Shown here one piece after another: positions 57,564 through 64,000 of a DNA stretch of 64,000 bases; positions within the stretch are counted from its first letter, which is position 1; every line of letters starts with the position of its first letter. A model generated the notes under the pieces. The model was given only the letters and a program-made list of their open reading frames with translations. It had not been told where the DNA came from and did no database searches. Made by a program: the position numbers and the translations under genes. This DNA comes from Acidobacteriota bacterium. GTDB lineage: Bacteria; Acidobacteriota; Terriglobia; 2-12-FULL-54-10. Location of the stretch: NCBI GenBank assembly GCA_016191085.1, contig JACPPJ010000070.1, forward strand, positions 6,123 through 70,122, read 5' to 3'.

Positions 57564-58880
57564 CTACGCCGGAGGGGCGCAACGGAAGCGCCGGGCTTTC
57601 AGCTCCGGGCGGGGAAGCGAGCCGGGCGGCGCGAATTCCACCGTGGGACGCAGGTTAAGGGTGGTTCGCATTTCTGTGACGATCCTTTCCGCCAGTGCGT
57701 CATGCTGACGGTTCTGCATTCCGGCGGTTTCAACGCGCAACAGTAGCTCCTGCATTTCGCGTTGAATCACAACCTCGCCTTGAAATTCCACAATTTCCGG
57801 GAATCGCCACAGGATGTTTTCGATGGCGGACGGAAACACATTGACGCCGCGTACCGTGATCATGTCGTCGGCGCGGCCCAGAATTCCGCCTTTGAGCAGC
57901 GCGAACGTTCGTCCGCAGGCGCACCGTTTCCGTGTAACCTCGGCCAGATCACCGGTGCGGTAGCGGATTAGTGGGGAGCCTTCGCGGCCCAACGTGGTCA
58001 AGATCACCTCACCGCGCCGGCCGTCTTCCACAGGCTTGCTTGTGGCGGGATCAATTACCTCGATGATGTACTCCGTCTCATTGGTGTGAGGGCCGAGTTG
58101 TTTGCTGCACTCGTAGCCGTACGCGCCGACCTCGGTCATGCCGACATGATCGTAAGCTTTCGATCCCCAGTATTCCTCGATGCGGCGGCGCGTGGACGGA
58201 ATGCCCGCTCCCGGCTCGCCTGCGTGAACGGTGATGCGAATTCCCATCTTGGCCGTCTCTACACCGTGCGATTGCGCCACCTCGGCCAATCGCAATGCGT
58301 ACGTGGGAGTGCAGACCAGCACCGTTGGCCGCCAATCGCACATGGTAGCGATGCGCTGCTCTGTGGTTTGGCCGCCGCCGGTCAGGGCCATTGCGCCTAT
58401 GTGTTGAGCGCCTTCGAATGCTCCCCAGAATCCGATGAACGGCCCAAACGAAAACGCTACAAACACACGATCGCCGGGTGCTACGCCCGCTCCGCGCAAC
58501 ACAAAGCCCCACTCACGTACGTAGGTGTGCCACGATTCAGGAGTGTCGGGCCAGCGCAGCGGCGCCCCTGTGGTGCCGGAAGTTTGATGCAGGCGTGTGT
58601 AACGTTCCAGCGAGAATGTCAGTTTGTTTCCGAACGGAGGGTGCGCGGCCTGATCGGCCATCAGCTCGGCCTTTATTGTAAATGGAAGCTCTGAGATGCG
58701 GTTGAGCGGCATCGGCTTGCGAATTCCGGCCTCATGCAGCTTTTGACGGTAGAAAGGATTACTCTTCAGCAGCAATGATTGCAGCTTGCGGAAGCGTTTG
58801 TCTTGCAGCTCGTTCAGCTTTTTGCGCGAGAGCGTCTCCAGCTTCCGGTCGTAAAAAAGTTCTGGGGATTTGCTTGGCAT
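57564..58880 (-). CDS. Phenylacetate-CoA ligase family protein
   Basis: QTSGTTG, GMTEVG, IRYRTGD and GRADDMITVRGVNVFP. Confidence 0.9.
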   Translation of the reverse strand: MPSKSPELFYDRKLETLSRKKLNELQDKRFRKLQSLLLKSNPFYRQKLHEAGIRKPMPLNRISELPFTIKAELMADQAAHPPFGNKLTFSLERYTRLHQTSGTTGAPLRWPDTPESWHTYVREWGFVLRGAGVAPGDRVFVAFSFGPFIGFWGAFEGAQHIGAMALTGGGQTTEQRIATMCDWRPTVLVCTPTYALRLAEVAQSHGVETAKMGIRITVHAGEPGAGIPSTRRRIEEYWGSKAYDHVGMTEVGAYGYECSKQLGPHTNETEYIIEVIDPATSKPVEDGRRGEVILTTLGREGSPLIRYRTGDLAEVTRKRCACGRTFALLKGGILGRADDMITVRGVNVFPSAIENILWRFPEIVEFQGEVVIQREMQELLLRVETAGMQNRQHDALAERIVTEMRTTLNLRPTVEFAPPGSLPRPELKARRFRCAPPA

Positions 58881-58938
58881 GACGCCTAACTTAGCAAGTT
58901 CGGGCGATACAATGCAAGCAATGCAGGGGTTAGCGTGC

Positions 58939-59119
58939 TGGGTCAGTTTGAATTTCGCCGTGAAATCCGGAAGGGCATGGCTTCAGCCATGCCGAAACGG
59001 AATGCACCGACGCGGCTTTAGCCGCTGGCGTCCGCACCTCAGGCGCTGAAGCGCCTCGCTTGCTAATTGTACCGGCACGACTGAAGTCATGCCCTTCCGT
59101 TTTTAACTGACCCACTACC
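58939..59119. mobile_element. MITE-like element enclosing a REP/REPIN unit
   Basis: TGGGTCAGTT/AACTGACCCA inverted ends; inner CGGAAGGGCATG...CATGCCCTTCCG; flanking 15-bp direct repeat. Confidence 0.72.
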
Positions 59120-59124
59120 AGGGG

Positions 59125-60633
59125 TTAGCGTGCCTGCTGCAGCCATTGGGCGGCTTGCGTTGCGAGGTCCATCACGTTTTGAGGAAAGAGGCCGAGGTAA
59201 AGTGTCCCAACGACACTAATAGCGAGCGCCAGGCGCTCGGGTGCACGGAGCGGTTCACACGGCACCTCGCGCGCGGGGGCGCTCATATACATCGAGACCA
59301 GCACGCGCAGGTAGTAATACGCCGCGATGCCGCTGTTCAGAACGCCCAGCACGGTGAGCCAGACCAAGTCGCCGTGAATGGCGGCGCGGAATACATAGAA
59401 TTTGCCAAGAAAGCCGGCCGTCAGCGGCACGCCGATCAACGATAGAAGAAAGATGCTGAACATCCCGGCCAGAAACGGGAACCGGAATCCCAGGCCGGCA
59501 TAGTCTTCGATCTCCAAATACCGCTCCCCTCGCCCACCCAAGTGCGTGACGACAAGGAACGCCCCGATATTCATAAAGGCGTACGCAACCAGGTAATACA
59601 GCACGGCCGCGACGCCGTCGGCCGAATGTGTCGTAAACGCTACCAGCACGTACCCGGCATGCGCGATGGCGGAGTATGCCAGCATGCGTTTGATATTGGC
59701 CTGCAGCAGCGCCCCGAGATTACCTAAGAACATCGAGAGCACGGCCACTATCCACAGCAGCCAGGACCATCTGCCGGAATAAGCCCCCAGGCCGACCATA
59801 AAGATTCGTAAGAACGCCGCGAACGCCGCCGCCTTGGGAGCAGTCGAAAGAAAGGCCGTGACCGGAGTAGGCGCACCCTGGTACACATCGGGAGTCCAGA
59901 TTTGGAACGGCGCGGCCGACACCTTGAATGCCAAGCCTACGAACATCAGCGCAATTGCAACACCGACGAGCGAAGCGGGGAATTGGGTACTGACCGCCAG
60001 ATTAGCAGCGGCGGGATGCACAGGAGTGCCAGCCGACTGCCCACGGAGCGCAGTGTTGAAGGCTTCATTGATCTGCGTGAGCCGCGTGCTGCCTGTCGAG
60101 CCGAACATCAATGCCACGCCATAAAGGAAGAAGGCAGTGGCAAACGATCCGAGCAGAAAATATTTTAGCGAAGCCTCGCTGCTGGTTGGCACGTCGCGGC
60201 GGAAGCCCACCAGGACATAGCTGGCGAGCGAGGAAATCTCCAGGCCAATGAAAACCAGAATCAATTCGTTGGCCGATGCCATTACGCCCATACCTACGGT
60301 GCCGAAAAGCAGTAAAGCGTAATACTCCGCGGCGGAGAGGCCTTCGCGGTGCAGGTATGTCGAAGACGAGAGCACCACCAGCAGCGCGATCAGGAGAAAC
60401 AGCAGGCGGAAGAAACACCCAAACGAATCCGCCAGAAACACGCCGCCGAACGCCGCTACGGGATGGTTGAATTGAACAGCAACGGCTATGATGGCGGCGA
60501 TCAGCCCTGCATAGGTTGCACCGGCGGCAATGCGCTCTGACTTCTCGAAAAAGGCGCCGAGCAGCATAACGAGTATCCCGGCGGCCGTCAGGATGATCTC
60601 GGGCAGGATTGCAATGGCATCAGACGGTTGCAT
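59125..60633 (-). CDS. nuoN: NADH-quinone oxidoreductase subunit N (second copy)
   Basis: EASLKYFLLG and FKVSAAPFQIWTPDVYQGAP. Confidence 0.95.
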   Translation of the reverse strand: MQPSDAIAILPEIILTAAGILVMLLGAFFEKSERIAAGATYAGLIAAIIAVAVQFNHPVAAFGGVFLADSFGCFFRLLFLLIALLVVLSSSTYLHREGLSAAEYYALLLFGTVGMGVMASANELILVFIGLEISSLASYVLVGFRRDVPTSSEASLKYFLLGSFATAFFLYGVALMFGSTGSTRLTQINEAFNTALRGQSAGTPVHPAAANLAVSTQFPASLVGVAIALMFVGLAFKVSAAPFQIWTPDVYQGAPTPVTAFLSTAPKAAAFAAFLRIFMVGLGAYSGRWSWLLWIVAVLSMFLGNLGALLQANIKRMLAYSAIAHAGYVLVAFTTHSADGVAAVLYYLVAYAFMNIGAFLVVTHLGGRGERYLEIEDYAGLGFRFPFLAGMFSIFLLSLIGVPLTAGFLGKFYVFRAAIHGDLVWLTVLGVLNSGIAAYYYLRVLVSMYMSAPAREVPCEPLRAPERLALAISVVGTLYLGLFPQNVMDLATQAAQWLQQAR

Positions 60634-60639
60634 GTTAGA

Positions 60640-62244
60640 TCAGGGCCTGCGCTCGGAATCGCCACTGGGATGCGCCGAATGCATTCGCTTGGAAACCCAC
60701 GGCACAGAAACCGTGCCGGGGCTACCCACGAAAGGATGCGGCGTGTCGTTGATGCGCACGTGCTGCTTCGGTGCCAATCCGCCCTTGTTCAGGATCGCCG
60801 CCGTAGATGCATCTATTCTGCGGAGGAAGTACGGCGAGAAGATGCCCATGATGACCATCAGCGCCACGGCGGGAAACAAAATGAGTTTTTCGCGCGCGTT
60901 CAGGTCCGGCATATGTTTGTTGTGGTCGGCCGTCTCTCCGAGAAATACACGCTGGTACATCCACAACATGTATATCGCTGACAGCACGGCGGCAGTCGCG
61001 CCAAGCACGGTATAGAGCAAACGCGCTTGCTTGACCCCGACCAGGATCAGAAATTCACCCACGAAGTTATTCAACAGCGGCAGGCCGATGCTGGAAAGTG
61101 AGGCGATCAGGAAATACGTCGCCAGTGCGGGCGCCGGTGTGGCCAGTCCTCCCATACGGCTGATCTCGCGCGTGTGGCTGCGCTCGTAAATCATTCCAAC
61201 CAGCAAGAACAACATTCCCGTCGAGACTCCATGATTGATCATCTGGTACAGCGCGCCTGCGATCGCAATCTCGTTGAAGCAGAAGATTCCCAACACTACA
61301 AAGCCGAGGTGACTGACAGAGGAGTACGCGATCAGCTTCTTCAGGTCGGGCTGTACCATGGAGACCAGAGCGCCGTAGATGATTCCGAAGATGGCGAGTG
61401 CGATGATGGCTGGCGCAAAATGCTGAGCGGCATCAGGGAACAGCGGCAGGCAAAAGCGCAGCATTCCATATGCGCCCATCTTCAGCAGGACTCCCGCCAG
61501 CATGACGGAACCCGCCGTAGGAGCCTCGACGTGCGCGTCGGGCAACCAGGTGTGCAGCGGGAACAGCGGAACTTTGATCGCGAATGCCACAAAAAAGGCG
61601 AGAAAGAGCCAGAACTGCTGCGGGTACGAAAGCTTCAGCGCGCCTATGGCGATGCCGTGCGAGATGGACAAATAATCAAACGTGCCGAACACGTTGTGCA
61701 GCCAGATGATTCCCACCAGCATCAACAGTGAGCCGATGCTGGTATATAAAAAGAACTTCACTGCTGCATAGATGCGGCGCTCGTGTCCCCAGATGCCGAT
61801 AAGGAAATACATGGGCACGAGCGTCACTTCCCAAAAGACGTAAAACAGCAAAAGATCGAGCGCCAGAAACACGCCGATAGTTCCGGTTTCGAGCAGCAGG
61901 AGAAAAAAGAAAAACTCCTTGACGTGTTCCTGGACCGAGCGCCAGGAGACCAGCACGCACAGCACGCTGAGAAACGTGACGAGCAGGACCAGGAATAAAC
62001 TGATCCCGTCCACGCCGATGTAGTAGCGGATGGTAGGCGACTGAATCCAGGCCTTGTCGGTAATGAACTGCATCTCGGCGCTGCTCGCCTGGAATCCGGC
62101 CAACAGCCCAAGCGACAGAACGAAGGTCGCCAGTGAGAAGACCAGCGCGATTATGCGAATGGCAGATGGGCGCCGCGGCAGAAACAGCAACAGCAGTGCG
62201 CCTACCGAGGGCAGGAAAAGGACGACATTGAGCAAGTTTCTCAT
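60640..62244 (-). CDS. nuoM: NADH-quinone oxidoreductase subunit M (second copy)
   Basis: FWEVTLVP and HTWLPDAHVEAPTAGS. Confidence 0.95.
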   Translation of the reverse strand: MRNLLNVVLFLPSVGALLLLFLPRRPSAIRIIALVFSLATFVLSLGLLAGFQASSAEMQFITDKAWIQSPTIRYYIGVDGISLFLVLLVTFLSVLCVLVSWRSVQEHVKEFFFFLLLLETGTIGVFLALDLLLFYVFWEVTLVPMYFLIGIWGHERRIYAAVKFFLYTSIGSLLMLVGIIWLHNVFGTFDYLSISHGIAIGALKLSYPQQFWLFLAFFVAFAIKVPLFPLHTWLPDAHVEAPTAGSVMLAGVLLKMGAYGMLRFCLPLFPDAAQHFAPAIIALAIFGIIYGALVSMVQPDLKKLIAYSSVSHLGFVVLGIFCFNEIAIAGALYQMINHGVSTGMLFLLVGMIYERSHTREISRMGGLATPAPALATYFLIASLSSIGLPLLNNFVGEFLILVGVKQARLLYTVLGATAAVLSAIYMLWMYQRVFLGETADHNKHMPDLNAREKLILFPAVALMVIMGIFSPYFLRRIDASTAAILNKGGLAPKQHVRINDTPHPFVGSPGTVSVPWVSKRMHSAHPSGDSERRP

Positions 62245-62251
62245 AACACGC

Positions 62252-62376
62252 CAGGGCACGGTTCAGCCGTGCCATAAAATCCAACATACGCCGGCTTTAA
62301 CCGCTGAGGGCCAATCCTCAGAGGCTCAAAGCCCAAGAAGCAGCGGCCGTATCGGCACGGCTGAAGCCGTGCCCTG
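62252..62376. repeat. REP/REPIN-like unit
   Basis: CAGGGCACGGTTCAGCCGTGCC ... GGCACGGCTGAAGCCGTGCCCTG inverted hairpin pair. Confidence 0.85.
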
Positions 62377-62415
62377 ACGGCCTGGTACACGAATTCTGCA
62401 AGTTCGCCAACATTT

Positions 62416-64000
62416 TTAAGACTCGGCCGTAACCATAAAAGCGATCAAAACAACCGCTCCCAGCAATACCCATCCGGCGTATGAGCGAATGTTTCCCGAC
62501 TGCATGCGGCGCAGACTATCTCCAAAACCGCGCGTGCGCTTTGCCGCGCCGTTCACCATACCGTCAATCGTCCCCGCGTCGATCGCCCTCCATAGCAGGT
62601 ACGTGGAGCCGGCGACAACGGGCCGCACGATTAGAAGCTGGTAAATCTCATCCATGTAGTATTTGCGCACCAACAGCGTGTGGAAGTGCCGGAACTGCGC
62701 CGCCAGCGCGTCCGGCAGTTCCGGCTTGCGCACGTACAGCAGGTAAGCGAGGCTGATCCCCATAAGAGAGACCACCACGGAGACTACAGGGAAGATGATC
62801 TCGGTTGAGTTTTCCCCAGCAGGAAGATGCGCAATCGCAACAGAGGCCTGCTGGAACACGGGACCGAGAAAATCGTTGAACCGCTTGGCTACCCAGCCAC
62901 CGGTCAGCGACAGAACAGCCAGGATCATCAAAGGCCAAGTCATCAGCGGCGGTGATTCTTGGAAGCCGTGAGCGTGCTGATGATCGGCATCGGCGCCGCG
63001 AGCTCCAATTTTGGTGTGCCCTGCGACGACAGCACGATTCTCGCCATGAAACGTGAGGAAGAACAGCCGGAAGATGTAAAAGGACGTGATCGCGGCCGTC
63101 ACAAGTCCAACGAGCCAGAACGCGAAACCTCCACGTCCGCTTATGTAGGCACCCCACAAGATTTCTTCCTTGCTGAAAAAACCGGAAAACGGCGGCATCG
63201 CGGCAATCGCAAGGCATGCTGCCAGCATGCTCCAGTAGGTGCGGGGAAGATGCTTGCGCAATCCGCCCATCCTGCCGATATCCTGTTCGCCACCCACGGC
63301 GTGAATGACGCTCCCGGCCCCGAGGAAGAGCAGCGCCTTGAAAAATGCGTGAGTCATCAGGTGAAAAATGGCGGCGCTGAAAGCAGCCACGCCACAAGCC
63401 ATCACCATGTAGCCGATCTGACTGATGGTTGAGTACGCCAGCACGCGTTTGATATCGGTCTGCGCCACGGCGATTGTGGCCGCATAAAAAGCAGTAATAG
63501 CACCTACCGCTGCCACTGCGAACATCGCTTGCGGCGCATGGACATAAAGCGTCGAGGAGCGCGCGATCATGTATACACCGGCGGTCACCATAGTAGCGGC
63601 GTGGATGAGAGCGCTGACCGGTGTGGGGCCCATCATAGCGTCAGGCAACCATACGTAGAGCGGTACCTGCGCTGATTTGCCACAGGCGCCCATCAGAAGC
63701 AGGAGGCATATAAGGGTAAGCGGCCCATCCCAGCCGGCCGATTCTACTGGGAAAGATTGCGCCGCGGAAAAGACCGGCTCGAAATCGAGCGAATCGAACG
63801 TCCAATAAATCAGCACCAGCGCGATCAGGAAGCCAAAGTCACCCAGCCGCGTCACAATGAATGCCTTCTTGGCTGCGTCGCCTGCTTTGTCCTGGCGGAA
63901 ATAGTAGCCGATCAACAGGAACGAGCAGAGGCCGACGCCTTCCCATCCCACGAACATCAGCACATAGTTGCCGCAGAGCACTAGCGTGAGCATGAAAAAC
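62416..64000 (-). CDS. nuoL: NADH-quinone oxidoreductase subunit L (second copy, 5' end outside the window)
   Basis: GKSAQVPLYVWLPDAMMGPTPVSALIHAATM. Confidence 0.95.
   Translation of the reverse strand, partial: FFMLTLVLCGNYVLMFVGWEGVGLCSFLLIGYYFRQDKAGDAAKKAFIVTRLGDFGFLIALVLIYWTFDSLDFEPVFSAAQSFPVESAGWDGPLTLICLLLLMGACGKSAQVPLYVWLPDAMMGPTPVSALIHAATMVTAGVYMIARSSTLYVHAPQAMFAVAAVGAITAFYAATIAVAQTDIKRVLAYSTISQIGYMVMACGVAAFSAAIFHLMTHAFFKALLFLGAGSVIHAVGGEQDIGRMGGLRKHLPRTYWSMLAACLAIAAMPPFSGFFSKEEILWGAYISGRGGFAFWLVGLVTAAITSFYIFRLFFLTFHGENRAVVAGHTKIGARGADADHQHAHGFQESPPLMTWPLMILAVLSLTGGWVAKRFNDFLGPVFQQASVAIAHLPAGENSTEIIFPVVSVVVSLMGISLAYLLYVRKPELPDALAAQFRHFHTLLVRKYYMDEIYQLLIVRPVVAGSTYLLWRAIDAGTIDGMVNGAAKRTRGFGDSLRRMQSGNIRSYAGWVLLGAVVLIAFMVTAES

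Noticed and set aside
57259..57582. Long N-terminal extension of NuoC in the ORF track
   Set aside because: It overlaps the CoA ligase stop and a promoter-like intergenic region; the ATG at 57258 with AGGTG upstream is more plausible.
47803..64000. 2M-type complex I (tandem nuoM)
   Set aside because: The two nuoM copies belong to separate L-M-N runs and are not adjacent.

Overview
The gene content and repeat types suggest an Acidobacteria-like chromosome. 1-9.4 kb is an accessory island: the start of a type I-C CRISPR-Cas operon (intact cas3, cas5c cut by the window edge, no array visible), gene remnants, and a small integrative element (HTH/xis, phage-type Rep, RHH, tyrosine integrase). That integrase ends 6 nt upstream of tRNA-Arg(CCG), and its last codons contain a promoter-like sequence positioned for the tRNA. 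Downstream of the tRNA, an integrase relic is fused to a 5' metH fragment. 11-26.7 kb holds metabolic genes: mqnD, a divergent carbamoyltransferase, msrPQ, a DASS-UbiD-Zn ribbon-DASS-secreted amidohydrolase cluster, and an M1 peptidase. 27.0-33.6 kb is an apparently complete ~6.6 kb phage-satellite-like element in tRNA-Leu(CAG), with 61-bp att repeats, int, two XRE regulators, a DUF3631-like protein, xis and terS. 34-46 kb is housekeeping genes plus hicBA with a frameshifted toxin. 46-64 kb carries atpZ/I/B/E, a nuoCDHJKLMN operon lacking Fe-S subunits, a paaK-like ligase and a second nuoLMN set, with nested REP/MITE repeats in the intergenic gaps. All calls come from reading motifs by eye; no database searches were run.
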